Shown: positions 18,558-29,635 of the stretch, one piece after another | How the letters are laid out: each line of letters begins with the position of its first letter | Numbering within the stretch: position 1 is the first letter of the stretch | Assembly: GCA_964432275.1 (NCBI GenBank) | Contig: CAYSMH010000003.1 | Location: 6,718 to 70,717, forward strand | DNA length: 64,000 nt | Reading direction: 5' to 3' | DNA from: an uncultured Candidatus Saccharibacteria bacterium | GTDB taxonomy: Bacteria; Patescibacteriota; Minisyncoccia; Phycocordibacterales; UBA9973 | Notes under the pieces: generated by a model | The model's input: the letters and a program-made list of their open reading frames with translations, nothing else | Told to the model about the DNA's origin: nothing | The model's database searches: none | Position numbers and translations under genes: made by a program

Positions 18558-19439
18558 ATGGACAAAGAAGCCCTCACTGCACGTATTGCCGAGATAGAAG
18601 CTGCTATGATGGACGGCGCGTTTTGGAATGACGTACCACAGGCACAAGCACAGATCAAAGAACTCCAAGAACTCAAAGACAAGCTCGAAGGCGGTAGTAT
18701 CTATGATAAAGGTGCGGCAATTCTTACGATATTTTCTGGAGCAGGTGGAGATGATGCAGAAGACTTTTCAGCAATGCTTTTGCGTATGTATACCAAATAC
18801 ATAGAACGCAAAGGTTGGAGTATGTCAGTAATTCATAGCAATACCAATGATCATGGTGGGTATCGCAATATTAGTATTGAAATCGAAGGTAAGGGAGTAT
18901 TCGGTAATCTCAAAAATGAAAGCGGGGTTCATCGACTTGTACGCATCTCACCATTTAATGCAAATAGTAAACGGCAAACATCTTTTTCACTTGTTGAAGT
19001 TATTCCCAAGCTTGCCAAGTCTGATACCGCAGTGGTGATTGCAGATAGTGATCTTGATATCTCATTTGCACGAGCAGGAGGACCTGGTGGGCAAAACGTT
19101 AACAAGCGTGAGACTGCAGTGCGTATGGTGCATATACCCACAGGCCTTTCAGTACATGTCACCAGTGAGCGCAGTCAGGAACAAAACAGAGACAAGGCTC
19201 TCGAGCTTCTCAAGGGTAAACTGTATAAACGTCAAGAAGAAGAGCGTATTGCGAAAGAAAAAGGATTGTATATTTCCAAGACTACTGATATCGAATGGGG
19301 TAATCAGATACGTTCCTATGTGCTCCATCCATACAAAATGGTGAAAGATCATCGCACCTCTGTAGAAACAGGAAATGTGGATAAAGTGCTCGAGGACGGA
19401 GACCTTGATGAGTTTATAGAAGCAGAACGAGGTTTGTAG
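18558..19439 (+). CDS. prfB: Peptide chain release factor 2 (shortened, 293 aa)
   Basis: SPF tripeptide, [12 protein letters not shown]; followed by ftsEX. Confidence 0.92.
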   Translation: MDKEALTARIAEIEAAMMDGAFWNDVPQAQAQIKELQELKDKLEGGSIYDKGAAILTIFSGAGGDDAEDFSAMLLRMYTKYIERKGWSMSVIHSNTNDHGGYRNISIEIEGKGVFGNLKNESGVHRLVRISPFNANSKRQTSFSLVEVIPKLAKSDTAVVIADSDLDISFARAGGPGGQNVNKRETAVRMVHIPTGLSVHVTSERSQEQNRDKALELLKGKLYKRQEEERIAKEKGLYISKTTDIEWGNQIRSYVLHPYKMVKDHRTSVETGNVDKVLEDGDLDEFIEAERGL

Positions 19440-19460
19440 GTATGGTATACTACATGTCTC

Positions 19461-20141
19461 ATGATCAAGTTTGTAAACGTATCAAAAGTCTATCCCAACG
19501 GCGCAGTTGCGCTTGAGAATGTTAATTTAGAGATCGGAACAGGTGAGTTTGTCACACTTATCGGTCCTTCTGGTGCAGGCAAGACCACCTTGACCAAAAT
19601 GATTCTCGCTGAAGAAGAGCCGAGTGAGGGTACAGTATTGTTTGAAAACATTGATATCAACGCACTCAATCGTGGTGATACCACCAAGCTTCGTCGTCGT
19701 GTTGGTACTGTGTTTCAAGAATTTCGATTGCTTGGCAGCAAGACTGCGTATGAAAACATTGCATTTGCAATGGAAGCTGCAGGCAAAAGTGATGCAGAGA
19801 TTACCTCAGATGTACCACACGTACTTCAGCTCGTAGATTTACAAGATCGCATGTTCCATTTCCCCAACCAACTCTCAGGTGGAGAAAAACAGCGTCTTGC
19901 AATTGCACGCGCAATCATCAATCAACCAGAAGTACTTATCGCAGATGAGCCGACTGGTAACCTCGACGAGGCAAATACTAAAGAAGTTATTCATATTTTG
20001 AAAAAGATCAACGATCTCGGGACAACTGTAATACTCACTACTCATGATCCACTTCTTATTCATGCGGTGGGCAAGCGACTTATCAGCATGGAAAAAGGGC
20101 GCGTAGTCGGTGACGAGATACGCAAGCTCAAGGACAAATAA
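19461..20141 (+). CDS. ftsE: Cell division ATP-binding protein FtsE
   Basis: GPSGAGKT, LSGGEKQR, ADEPTGNLD; upstream of ftsX. Confidence 0.9.
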   Translation: MIKFVNVSKVYPNGAVALENVNLEIGTGEFVTLIGPSGAGKTTLTKMILAEEEPSEGTVLFENIDINALNRGDTTKLRRRVGTVFQEFRLLGSKTAYENIAFAMEAAGKSDAEITSDVPHVLQLVDLQDRMFHFPNQLSGGEKQRLAIARAIINQPEVLIADEPTGNLDEANTKEVIHILKKINDLGTTVILTTHDPLLIHAVGKRLISMEKGRVVGDEIRKLKDK

Positions 20142-20155
20142 GGTATACTATATAT

Positions 20156-21079
20156 ATGTTTTGGATCAGATTACAACGAGTATTGCGCAGTGGGTGGATC
20201 AACTTCCGTCGCAACGGGCTCGTCTCATATGCAGCTATTTTGGTAACGACTATTACGCTTTCTGTTGCTACGGGTATTTTTCTTGCGCAGGCAGTGCTTG
20301 CAAGTGCTATTACACAAGTACAAGAGAAAGTAGATATCGCAGTCTATTTTACCGTAGATGCTTCAGAAGATGGTATTTTGGCGCTCCAGGATACACTACA
20401 GACGCTTCCCGAGGTCGCTACAACAACTTATATTTCTGCAGATGAACAAGTTCTCAACTTCCGCGAGCGCCACGCAGATGACTATCTCACACTCCAAGCT
20501 CTCGAAGAGCTCGGAGAGAACCCATTTGGTGGCTCACTGCTGATCAAGGCAAAAGACTCAACTCAGTACGAATCCATCGCTCGTGTACTTGAAGGGGATA
20601 GTGATATTGCTCGAGACAGTGCATCTATTATTGAGCGTATCAACTACTCACAAAATAAACTTGTTATTGATCGCCTCAACATGCTTATTAACAACATTAA
20701 CGATATTGGATTTGCGGTTACATTTGTACTCGGCCTCATTTCTATCGTGATTGTATACACGACCGTACGTCTGACTATTTACATCGCCAAAGAAGAAATA
20801 GGTATTATGCGTCTCGTAGGTGCAAGTTCACGCTATGTACGCGCACCGTTTATGGTGGGAGGTCTACTGTATGGATTATTCGCATTCCTAATCTCAGTTG
20901 CTATATTTTTGCCACTTACATATTTTGCAGGGCGACACGCTACTGATATTCTAGGGTTCAACATTTACACATACTACGTATCACACTTCTTTTCTATCGG
21001 AGGCACGGTGTTGCTTATTGGACTTTTCCTCGGAGCGATCTCAAGTTACTTGGCAGTCCGACGATACTTGGATGTATAA
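20156..21079 (+). CDS. ftsX: Cell division permease FtsX
   Basis: 4 TM; EIGIMRLVGAS..VRAPF. Confidence 0.9.
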   Translation: MFWIRLQRVLRSGWINFRRNGLVSYAAILVTTITLSVATGIFLAQAVLASAITQVQEKVDIAVYFTVDASEDGILALQDTLQTLPEVATTTYISADEQVLNFRERHADDYLTLQALEELGENPFGGSLLIKAKDSTQYESIARVLEGDSDIARDSASIIERINYSQNKLVIDRLNMLINNINDIGFAVTFVLGLISIVIVYTTVRLTIYIAKEEIGIMRLVGASSRYVRAPFMVGGLLYGLFAFLISVAIFLPLTYFAGRHATDILGFNIYTYYVSHFFSIGGTVLLIGLFLGAISSYLAVRRYLDV

Positions 21080-21139
21080 CATAGTGAAGTAAACCTGGGT
21101 TGAAAAATCCGGGTTTTTACGTATAATGAGCGGACAAAT

Positions 21140-21213
21140 TGCGGAATCGTCTAATGGTAGGACGCATCCCTCTGGAGGATGTTATCTTGGTTCGAGTCCA
21201 GGTTCCGCAGCCA
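21140..21213 (+). tRNA. tRNA-Gln(CTG)
   Basis: T1-A72 acceptor, loop CTCTGGA, encoded CCA. Confidence 0.93.
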
Positions 21214-21360
21214 TTGACAGATAGCACGAGACGTGTTGAAATAACGATTCTCGAGCTAGCTCAATATACTATACTGAAATTGCTTACCCGCTGAGTGCGA
21301 TAACCAGAACAAAAGACATCTAATTTTAGGTGTCTTTTGTATTTACGATATCTCATCATT

Positions 21361-21759
21361 TTAGGATAGTTCATTTAAAAACTTTTCCGCAGTATCTTTG
21401 GTAGGAGCAATATCGTATATCTCTTCTGGTGTTAAAATCAACAAACCTTTTACTACTCTATCTGGCAACTGTTCTTTTATCCATGAGGTTGCATTATCAA
21501 AATATTCTCCATCTGTTATATATTCAACATTTCCTTTTATCTGATACCCCATCATTTTTTTCCAGCATACAAGAGAAACCGAGGGGTTAAGAAGAATATT
21601 TGCTAGTGTTTTATCAAGAAAATAGTTTATAAGCCAAATTTTCCCTTCCACAATCCTTATTGAAGATACAGGAACAACGTTTATGTTTGTGCCATATGTT
21701 GCAAGTGCTTTTGATTCGGCAGATAAAATAAATTTTTCAATATCTTCATCAATTTTCAT
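21361..21759 (-). CDS. Pyridoxamine 5'-phosphate oxidase-like FMN-binding protein
   Basis: ALAT..NVVP..KTLANI..NP.V..GYQIKG. Confidence 0.75.
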   Translation of the reverse strand: MKIDEDIEKFILSAESKALATYGTNINVVPVSSIRIVEGKIWLINYFLDKTLANILLNPSVSLVCWKKMMGYQIKGNVEYITDGEYFDNATSWIKEQLPDRVVKGLLILTPEEIYDIAPTKDTAEKFLNELS

Positions 21760-21908
21760 ATGTTTTTATTCTTATTTATATTTATAAATAGTACTCCTAA
21801 ATAAGGATAAGTCGATATTTCACACCTAAAATTAGAACCTTAATTCTAGTTACCTTTTAAGAATAATTGAAGAGTAGGCTATTACGATATTTAAGTATTT
21901 AAAATACC

Positions 21909-21937
21909 TTGACAATACCCCCCTGGGGGTATATACT
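21909..21937 (+). promoter_or_regulatory. sigma70 promoter with CsoR-type operator
   Basis: TTGACA-N17-TATACT enclosing the palindrome ATACCCCC-CT-GGGGGTAT (21915-21932). Confidence 0.85.
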
Positions 21938-21943
21938 CGGTAC

Positions 21944-22207
21944 ATGTCTACGAATAAAGAAAAAATGATACGCCGGTTAAAAATAATTGAAGGTCAAGTA
22001 AGGGGTCTTCAAGACATGATTGAAAAAGGTACATATTGTATCGACGTCATCACGCAGGCATCCGCGATAAAGCAGGGAATTTCCAATGTTGAGGATACTC
22101 TTCTTGAGCATCATTTGGGCCATTGCTTAATTAACCAAATTAAGGATGGAAAAGCTGATAAAGCTACACAAGAAATCATCCAAGTTTATCGTTTAAAGCG
22201 CAAGTAA
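21944..22207 (+). CDS. csoR: CsoR/RcnR-family metal-sensing repressor
   Basis: RRLKIIEGQVRG..YCIDV..HLGHC. Confidence 0.88.
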   Translation: MSTNKEKMIRRLKIIEGQVRGLQDMIEKGTYCIDVITQASAIKQGISNVEDTLLEHHLGHCLINQIKDGKADKATQEIIQVYRLKRK

Positions 22208-22229
22208 TTTAATAGAAATAATTATTTAT

Positions 22230-22793
22230 ATGAAAAAAATATCATTATATTTCGCAATTAGCATAGCAATTGTATCCGGGGTTCTTGGTCTTGTTATTGG
22301 GTATGCCCTTACTCCTGAATATAGAACTTCAATGTATGAAAAAAACACAATGGATTTAGGACGTGCTGACCGTACGTTTGATTTGCGTTATATTAACGCA
22401 ATGATTGCGCATCATCGGGGCGCAATGCTACTTGCTGAGCAACTCCAAAAAAATACTGATAGACCTGAACTACAAACGCTCGCAGCTGATATATTGAAAG
22501 GAGAGCCTGTGCTTATTGAAGAGCTTTATACATGGAAAAAAGAGTGGTACGGAGATAGTAGAAAAGTGCGTGATCCTATTGTTGCAAACCTTGGTCCAAA
22601 AGATGAAAAATTTGACCTTAGATTTTTAAACGCAATTATTGCACACCATGAAGCTGGTATTGAGATGACTCAAGAAACACGTATTAAATCAAGTAGGGCT
22701 GAAATTCTTAATAATGCAGATGGAGTAGAAGCATTTCTCAAAGGAGGTATAGAAACACTTAAAGGTCTTAGGTCAACATGGTATTCAATTTAA
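22230..22793 (+). CDS. DUF305 (CopM-like) protein
   Basis: Duplicated (M/I)IAHH..G(A/I)..M motifs; N-terminal TM. Confidence 0.8.
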   Translation: MKKISLYFAISIAIVSGVLGLVIGYALTPEYRTSMYEKNTMDLGRADRTFDLRYINAMIAHHRGAMLLAEQLQKNTDRPELQTLAADILKGEPVLIEELYTWKKEWYGDSRKVRDPIVANLGPKDEKFDLRFLNAIIAHHEAGIEMTQETRIKSSRAEILNNADGVEAFLKGGIETLKGLRSTWYSI

Positions 22794-22807
22794 CTCATTA
22801 CAAAGAT

Positions 22808-25066
22808 ATGAAAAAAGATGTCTATACAATAAAAGGGATGCACTGTGCAAGTTGTGCTTCCATAATTACGAAAACTGTTTCAAAGGTTCCAGGTGTGCGT
22901 GATATATCGGTGAATTTTGCGAGTGAAAAAGCGAATCTTTCGTTTGATCCGTCTGCTACCTCTATTGAAGTAATGAATACAGAGCTTGAGAAGTTAGGAT
23001 ATATGATTATGTCTACTGGTGAAGAAGAATCTGGAGTACATGATCATGCTAAAACTTCTGACAGCGAACTTGTGCTATTACAACAGAAAACACATTTTGT
23101 ACTACCAATCACTGGCGTAATATTTATACTTATGTTATGGGATATTCTCGCACGGACATTTGTTCGTGTTCCAAATCTTCCTATACCTATGGATCTTTTC
23201 AATATAATAAACATGGTACTTGCAACAATAGTATTGTTTTGGGTTGGAAAACCATTTTTAAAAGGTGTTACAAGATTCCTTCGATATAAGGTTGCTAATA
23301 TGGATACCCTTATTGGTATTGGTACGCTCACTGCATATTTATACAGTGTTGTTATAACGCTATTACCATCTATTCGCGACCTATTGCGCGTACCAGAATT
23401 CACCTATTTTGATGTGACTATTGTCGTGATTGGATTTATTACACTTGGAAAATACTTGGAGGCTCGATCAAAAAAGAAAACAGGGGATGCGATTGAAGCT
23501 CTACTCACGCTTCAGGCAAAAACCGCCCTTATTATTCGTCAGGGAGAAGAAGTTGAAATTCCAATCACTGAAGTGGTGCATGGGGATCTTATTGTTGTAA
23601 AGCCCGCCGGTAGAATCCCAGTTGATGGTGTTGTTGCTGAGGGGTCTTCATATGTGGATGAATCTATGATTACTGGCGAGCCAATTCCTGTGGAAAAAGG
23701 GGAGGGAGATACTGTGGTTGCAGGTACGATGAATACTACAGGGTCATTTACATTCAAGGCAACAAAAGTAGGAGCAGAAACTATGCTTGCGAATATTATC
23801 AAAATGGTAGAAGAGGCGCAGGGAAGTCGTGCGCCAATTCAGGCGCTCGCCGATAAAATCTCAAGCGTGTTTGTTCCTATTGTTCTAGTCATTGCCTTTC
23901 TTTCACTAGTTGCATGGCTAACTATTGGCTCAACCTATCTTGGCTTCTCACAAGCACTTTCACTTGGAATACTTTCGTTTGTAAGTGTGCTCGTAATTGC
24001 GTGTCCATGTGCGCTTGGACTTGCTACGCCGACAGCAATTATCGTTGGGGTCGGTAAAGGGGCAAGGAATGGCATTCTTATCAAAGACGCTGCTACGTTG
24101 CAGAAACTTCACGAAGTTACCACGGTTGTTGTTGATAAGACAGGGACTATTACAAAAGGAAAACCAGAGCTAGTGTCTATAAAAAATCTTTCTGATCGGT
24201 CAGATGAAGAGATTATTGCACTACTTGCTGCGCTTGAGAAAAAATCTGAACATCCTATTGCACATGCAATTGTTTCGTATGCGAAAGAAACAGATATACA
24301 AATTCCTCCAGTTGGATCATTTCAGATTGTAAAAGGTGAAGGTATTCGTGGTTCAATACTCGGAATAGAATATTTTGCTGGTAATATCCGGCTTATGGAA
24401 AACCTCAAGCACGCTATAGACATATCAATGATTGAGGCAGAGACAAAAACTGGAAAAACACCAGTGCTACTTGCTACGAAAGAAAAAATACTTGCAATCG
24501 TTATGGTTGCAGATGCGGTAAAGCCTGAAGCAAAAAATGCTATACAGGAGCTTCATAAGAAAGGAATTAAGGTTTACATGTTAACTGGAGATAATATAAA
24601 TACTGCGCAGTTTATTGCTTCTTCTGTGGGAATAGATGAGGTCATTGCCGAAGTAACACCTGAAGATAAACTCAATACAGTCAAAAAATTACAATCATCG
24701 GGAGAAGTAGTCGCAATGGCTGGAGATGGAGTCAATGACGCTCCAGCTCTCGCTCAAGCAGATGTCGGTATTGCTATGGCAACCGGGACAGATGTTGCTA
24801 TAGAGAGCGCGGGAATCACACTCTTGCACGGTGATATTACAAAACTTGTTAAGGCAATCAATCTTTCAAAGATTACGATGCGTGGGATTAAGCAAAATTT
24901 ATTCTGGGCATTTATATATAATATTGTAGGGATACCACTTGCGGCAGGTGTATTTTATCCACTATTTGGATGGCTGCTCAATCCGATATTTGCAGGGCTT
25001 GCAATGGCATTCTCGAGCGTGTCGGTGGTAGGAAACTCATTGCGGTTAAAAGCTAAAAAACTATAA
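22808..25066 (+). CDS. copA: Cu(I)-translocating P1B-type ATPase
   Basis: [33 protein letters not shown]. Confidence 0.94.
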   Translation: MKKDVYTIKGMHCASCASIITKTVSKVPGVRDISVNFASEKANLSFDPSATSIEVMNTELEKLGYMIMSTGEEESGVHDHAKTSDSELVLLQQKTHFVLPITGVIFILMLWDILARTFVRVPNLPIPMDLFNIINMVLATIVLFWVGKPFLKGVTRFLRYKVANMDTLIGIGTLTAYLYSVVITLLPSIRDLLRVPEFTYFDVTIVVIGFITLGKYLEARSKKKTGDAIEALLTLQAKTALIIRQGEEVEIPITEVVHGDLIVVKPAGRIPVDGVVAEGSSYVDESMITGEPIPVEKGEGDTVVAGTMNTTGSFTFKATKVGAETMLANIIKMVEEAQGSRAPIQALADKISSVFVPIVLVIAFLSLVAWLTIGSTYLGFSQALSLGILSFVSVLVIACPCALGLATPTAIIVGVGKGARNGILIKDAATLQKLHEVTTVVVDKTGTITKGKPELVSIKNLSDRSDEEIIALLAALEKKSEHPIAHAIVSYAKETDIQIPPVGSFQIVKGEGIRGSILGIEYFAGNIRLMENLKHAIDISMIEAETKTGKTPVLLATKEKILAIVMVADAVKPEAKNAIQELHKKGIKVYMLTGDNINTAQFIASSVGIDEVIAEVTPEDKLNTVKKLQSSGEVVAMAGDGVNDAPALAQADVGIAMATGTDVAIESAGITLLHGDITKLVKAINLSKITMRGIKQNLFWAFIYNIVGIPLAAGVFYPLFGWLLNPIFAGLAMAFSSVSVVGNSLRLKAKKL

Positions 25067-25068
25067 GT

Positions 25069-26109
25069 ATGAATAATACAGAAAAACAAACATATACATT
25101 TCATATACACGGTATGCACTGCAAGGCATGTATTCTGCTTACAGAGGGGGAACTGAATGAACTGCCGGAAGTAGAACATGCACACGCTAGTCTTTCGAAA
25201 CATACCGTCACGGTGACAGGTATGTTTGAGGGTAAAACGCAGGAAGAATTAGCAGAGCGGTTTACTGAAGTACTCAAATCTCATGGATATACAGTCTCTA
25301 CTCAAAAACAGAATGCGGTAAAAACAAAACGAACACGCGAGTTTTCGATCGCCATTCCTATAGCTATTGTATTTGCTGTACTATTTGTACTTTTGCAAAA
25401 GATGGGGATTGTAAATCTTGTTGATGCAAGTAATGTGTCGTACGGGACTGCATTTGTGATCGGTATCATAGCCTCACTCTCAACATGTATGGCAGTAGTT
25501 GGTGGACTCGTGCTTTCAATGTCGGCTACATTTGCGAGAGAGGGGGATAAAATTCGTCCACAAATTTTGTTTCAACTAGGACGTCTTATCTCATTCTTTA
25601 TTCTCGGAGGTGTTATTGGTGGAATCGGTTCAGCTTTTGCGCTCAACACAACAGCAACATTTATTCTTGGTATCGTAATCGGCATTGTCATGCTTCTTAT
25701 GGGGTTAAACTTGCTCGATGTTTTCCATTTCACAAAAAGATTGCAGCCGGGCATGCCAAAAATGATTTCGAAGAAAGCATTTTCAGTAAGTAAGCTGACA
25801 CATACGTTTACTCCTTTTCTGGTCGGTATTGCGACGTTCTTCCTTCCGTGCGGCTTTACTCAGTCAATGCAGATATACACTCTTTCCACGGGAACCTTTA
25901 TGAAAGGCGGTCTTACCATGCTTGCATATGCACTTGGTACGCTCCCTGTACTGCTCCTTGTGGGGTTTAGTTCATTTAGTATCAAGAAAAGTTCTCGTGC
26001 AGGAATATTCTTTAAATCTGCAGGATTGATTGTTATACTGTTTGCACTGTTCAATCTCATTAATAGCTTGGCGGTAATTGGTCTTATTCCACCTTTATTT
26101 AATTTATAG
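25069..26109 (+). CDS. HMA plus DsbD_2/TauE-like membrane protein
   Basis: GMHCKAC; STCMAVVGG; FLPCGF. Confidence 0.82.
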   Translation: MNNTEKQTYTFHIHGMHCKACILLTEGELNELPEVEHAHASLSKHTVTVTGMFEGKTQEELAERFTEVLKSHGYTVSTQKQNAVKTKRTREFSIAIPIAIVFAVLFVLLQKMGIVNLVDASNVSYGTAFVIGIIASLSTCMAVVGGLVLSMSATFAREGDKIRPQILFQLGRLISFFILGGVIGGIGSAFALNTTATFILGIVIGIVMLLMGLNLLDVFHFTKRLQPGMPKMISKKAFSVSKLTHTFTPFLVGIATFFLPCGFTQSMQIYTLSTGTFMKGGLTMLAYALGTLPVLLLVGFSSFSIKKSSRAGIFFKSAGLIVILFALFNLINSLAVIGLIPPLFNL

Positions 26110-26111
26110 CT

Positions 26112-26501
26112 ATGAAAAAAAATATTCTTGCAATCTCTATAGGTATCGTAATTATTGGGTTCGGAATACTCGTAGCGGTAAATAGTGCGCCAAAAGAAGA
26201 AGAGGTGCTTATAAATGTTGTTACTGTAGTTGATGGAAAGCAAATTATTGATTTACGGGCAAAAGGAGGGTTTACTCCTCGTAGTATTGATGCAAAAGCT
26301 GGAATTCCTACAGTGCTTCGTGTTACTACAAAAGGTACATTTGATTGTTCTTCTTCCGTACGAATTCCATCTCTGAACATATCACAAAATTTGCCACAAA
26401 CAGGTGTTACTGAACTTGATCTCGGGATCCAACAGGCGGGGGTACTAAAGGGTAGCTGTGGAATGGGTATGTATCCTTTTGAAATTAATTTCCAAGCGTA
26501 G
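26112..26501 (+). CDS. Cupredoxin-domain protein
   Basis: GGFTP..I..C..CGMGMY. Confidence 0.82.
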   Translation: MKKNILAISIGIVIIGFGILVAVNSAPKEEEVLINVVTVVDGKQIIDLRAKGGFTPRSIDAKAGIPTVLRVTTKGTFDCSSSVRIPSLNISQNLPQTGVTELDLGIQQAGVLKGSCGMGMYPFEINFQA

Positions 26502-26540
26502 ATGATTTATAAATTTAATAAGTTAAAATATACTATATCT

Positions 26541-26957
26541 ATGAATATACAAAAAATTGTACTTATAAAATTGAGAATCGTAATGGCACTCATTTTTTTG
26601 TGGGCGTTCTTTGATAAGGTCTTTGGTCTTGGATTCGCTACTAAACCAGAAAATGCATGGATAAACGGAGGTTCACCAACAACAGGGTTTTTATCGTTTG
26701 CAACCAAGGGTCCTTTTGCTGAATTTTTTAAAAGTCTTGCTGGTATACCAATTATCGACTGGCTTTTTATGCTCGGCCTACTTTTTGTAGGAATTACTTT
26801 TCTTTTTAATCGATATGTAAAATGGGGAGCAATCGCAGGTGCAGTAATGATGTTCCTTATGTACCTTGCAGTATTTCCTCCAGAAAATAACCCACTCCTC
26901 GACGAACATATTGTCTATGCACTCGTACTTTTATTCATTGGTTTTATAAAAAAATAA
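26541..26957 (+). CDS. DoxX-family membrane protein
   Basis: FLWAFFDKVFGLG..GGSPT.GFL..NPLLDEH. Confidence 0.8.
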   Translation: MNIQKIVLIKLRIVMALIFLWAFFDKVFGLGFATKPENAWINGGSPTTGFLSFATKGPFAEFFKSLAGIPIIDWLFMLGLLFVGITFLFNRYVKWGAIAGAVMMFLMYLAVFPPENNPLLDEHIVYALVLLFIGFIKK

Positions 26958-26958
26958 C

Positions 26959-28281
26959 CTAATTACTTAAATATATTTTCTTGTTATTCAGAAATATCTT
27001 CCCTTGCAGGTTGTTGAATATCTCTCGCTTCTCAAATATTGTTCCTTCTTTTAATATAAACTTTGCGTAGTTACGAACGTCGACATCTTCAATTTGTATA
27101 TCGTCTTTAATACCCAAAATGCTACGTTGGAATTTCTTAATTCTCGTTATTTCATCATTAATTTTATCTCTCATACCGACTTTGTTTAAATTCACCTTAT
27201 CAAGAAGGGTAGCAAATTGCTTAATCAAATCCTCTTCATTTAGATACCCACCTTTGCAGTTCCTATCTTTCGACCTCGTACAGCCATAGTACACATGTCG
27301 ATTTACTGTTCCATTCTTAAGCTTTTTAAATTTCTCATCTGCGCAAATTCCTGAATCACATAATCCACATATCATGAGCTTGGTGAATGCAAACTCTTTG
27401 TTTTCAACTCTTAGTACCTGACTTTTCACTTGTGCTTGTACTGCGTCATATAGTTCTTTTGTTATCAGTGCTTCATGTTTTCCTTGATACCAGTTACCGC
27501 TTTTAAGAGGATATTCAAATACTCCATAATAGAATGGATTTTCTAATATGCGATAGATATTTCCTAAACTTATATTCTTGTTTCCTTGTAATGTCTTGAA
27601 GTTCAAATCAAACTTTAACCAGTGGTGCAGCTTTCTTCCAGTCCATTTTTCATATGCAACTTTCTCAAACATCTTCTTTACAATTGGTCCTCGGTCTGGA
27701 TCAATGAGGGTCTCACACTTTCGATCCATTCGCTTTTCTTTCAAGTATCCTGTTGGAGCAGGGGCAGGCCATAATCCCATTTCAACTCGTGTTTTCAGTC
27801 CACGCTTTACATTTATACTTTTATTATCATTCTCAAGCTTTGCTTGCGAACAAAGAATCATCAGGAGGAATTTCTCGTTAGGGGAGTTACGAAACTGCTG
27901 CCCATACGTTCGTATTTCAATCAGCTTTTTCTCATCCATTAAATCAACTACTGATCCTAAATCTCCCGCATTTCTACTCAATCTATCAGGTGCCCAAGTT
28001 AATATGCCTGTATATCTTCCAGATCTGATGTCGCTCAGTAATTCTTTAAATACTGGTCGTTGACCAGAGTCTTTCGCAGAATGAGCCTCTCTCCGAACGT
28101 CTATTATTTCCAACCCATCTCGCTCTGCAATGGCCATCATTTCTTTTACTTGAGAATCAATGGAGAGTGCTTGTTTTTCATCTGATTCAGTTGATTTTCG
28201 AGCATAGAGGCAGTACTTCACCTTTTCTGCTGCTATAAGAGCAGGGAAGCCCGTTTGGGCTGTTTTAGCCAGTATTTCCAT
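26959..28281 (-). CDS. Large serine recombinase
   Basis: YARKS, DRLSRN, recombinase domain, CGLC..YYGC..C Zn ribbon. Confidence 0.92.
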   Translation of the reverse strand: MEILAKTAQTGFPALIAAEKVKYCLYARKSTESDEKQALSIDSQVKEMMAIAERDGLEIIDVRREAHSAKDSGQRPVFKELLSDIRSGRYTGILTWAPDRLSRNAGDLGSVVDLMDEKKLIEIRTYGQQFRNSPNEKFLLMILCSQAKLENDNKSINVKRGLKTRVEMGLWPAPAPTGYLKEKRMDRKCETLIDPDRGPIVKKMFEKVAYEKWTGRKLHHWLKFDLNFKTLQGNKNISLGNIYRILENPFYYGVFEYPLKSGNWYQGKHEALITKELYDAVQAQVKSQVLRVENKEFAFTKLMICGLCDSGICADEKFKKLKNGTVNRHVYYGCTRSKDRNCKGGYLNEEDLIKQFATLLDKVNLNKVGMRDKINDEITRIKKFQRSILGIKDDIQIEDVDVRNYAKFILKEGTIFEKREIFNNLQGKIFLNNKKIYLSN

Positions 28282-28505
28282 ATCTATATTAATGTCAGAC
28301 CAGTTGCGGAAGTAAAGCTAGACCATTACTCGGCATCACTTTACAAAATCTGTAAAGCATGCTATAATACGACTAATAAGTTCATTGTAATTTAGCTTGC
28401 GAATGGTCATAGCTACGAGGTTCTGATTTCTCGGAATTTCATAGCTATGACCACGAATTGGTTGTAGTTCTGTCCCGGAGTAGGGAAAATTAAAACCATA
28501 ACGAC

Positions 28506-29141
28506 ATGGAAAAAACATTTGCATCTGCGGATCTCACCGCAGGACAACTGAACGCTATTGTAAAAAAGCTTGGCGGTCATGAAGGTGCTTTGAAATTTTT
28601 ACGCGGCGAAACTTCGGTTTCCGAACCTGAAAAAAGCTGGCGTGAGCATGACGGAGTGATTTACTTCACCGTCACTTCCGATGGTGCCACCGGTGCCGAA
28701 TGGATTGCCCGTCTTGAGAAAGGTGGATACCGCGTTGGCGATTACGCCAAGAGCGTTCTACTTTCAAAAGATTTTAAACCTACAAACGGTGTTACAACCG
28801 AAGTTGGAGTGTTGAAGGGTATGCTGTTTGAAGACAATCAACGCATTACCAAAAACATCCGTAAAAATGCCGAAGATCGCAAACTGGAAACACCAAATGC
28901 AGAGATAGCTTGCCTTATCCGTGAAAAATTCACTGATGAAGACATCGAAGCGATGGGTTTATGGTGGATCGTTGCAATGCATGAACCGATCAATGATTCC
29001 GGTGGTGATCCGCGCTTGCTCCTTGCGGACCGTAGTGACGATGGGCGTTGGCTGAACTCGGCGTATGGCATGCCTGACTTCAGGTGGATCCGTGGGAGCG
29101 GGTTCGCGTTTGCTGTTTCGCAAGTTAGTTCTCAAAACTAA
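28506..29141 (+). CDS. DGR target (variable) protein with C-terminal VR
   Basis: 3' end matches the downstream TR with adenine-specific differences. Confidence 0.9.
   Translation: MEKTFASADLTAGQLNAIVKKLGGHEGALKFLRGETSVSEPEKSWREHDGVIYFTVTSDGATGAEWIARLEKGGYRVGDYAKSVLLSKDFKPTNGVTTEVGVLKGMLFEDNQRITKNIRKNAEDRKLETPNAEIACLIREKFTDEDIEAMGLWWIVAMHEPINDSGGDPRLLLADRSDDGRWLNSAYGMPDFRWIRGSGFAFAVSQVSSQN
28996..29123 (+). repeat. DGR variable repeat (VR)
   Basis: 128-bp ungapped match to 29483-29610, 15 mismatches. Confidence 0.93.
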
Positions 29142-29175
29142 GACGCTGATCACTTCAGCTCTTTGAATTTAGTCC

Positions 29176-29230
29176 TTAGCCCTTGTTCCGCTACCATATT
29201 TCTGGTTTGGAATGAGGGCTAATTTTTTTT
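29176..29230 (+). terminator. Hairpin and T-tract after the DGR target gene
   Basis: TTAGCCCTTGTTCC...GGAATGAGGGCTAA (2 G:U pairs) followed by T8. Confidence 0.65.
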
Positions 29231-29482
29231 GCATAAACTTGTATAATGAGTACGGTAATAGGTGTAGTGCGGACGGCAAAAAGATTTATTCTGGGCTTTC
29301 CGCTACCGAATCCAGTATCCATACATCGAGAGTACTTAAGGTCACGGCTTCAGGTAGAGTGGTGTATGCAGAAACTTCAAAAAATGAAGATACTTGGTGT
29401 GAGAGATTAGGGCATTACGATGCCAGATACAATACAACCCTGAGAGTATTCGAGGGGTGGTGATACAGAAGATCTCTTGCAC

Positions 29483-29610
29483 ATTCCGATGGTGATCCGA
29501 ACTTGCTCAACGCGAACCGTAATGACGATGGGCGTTGGCTGAACACGGCGTATGACAAGCCTGACAACAGGTGGAACCGTGGGAACGGGTTCGCGTTTGC
29601 TGTTTCGCAA
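29483..29610 (+). repeat. DGR template repeat (TR)
   Basis: 7 AAC codons in the VR frame; 14 of 15 TR/VR differences at TR adenines; followed by hairpin 29624-29651. Confidence 0.93.
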
Positions 29611-29635
29611 TTCTTTTCATTTTCTCTCCCAATAC

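Noticed and set aside
29212-29463. 83-aa ORF between VR and TR as a DGR accessory gene
   Set aside because: It starts inside the terminator hairpin and has no recognisable motif; better explained as the non-coding TR leader.
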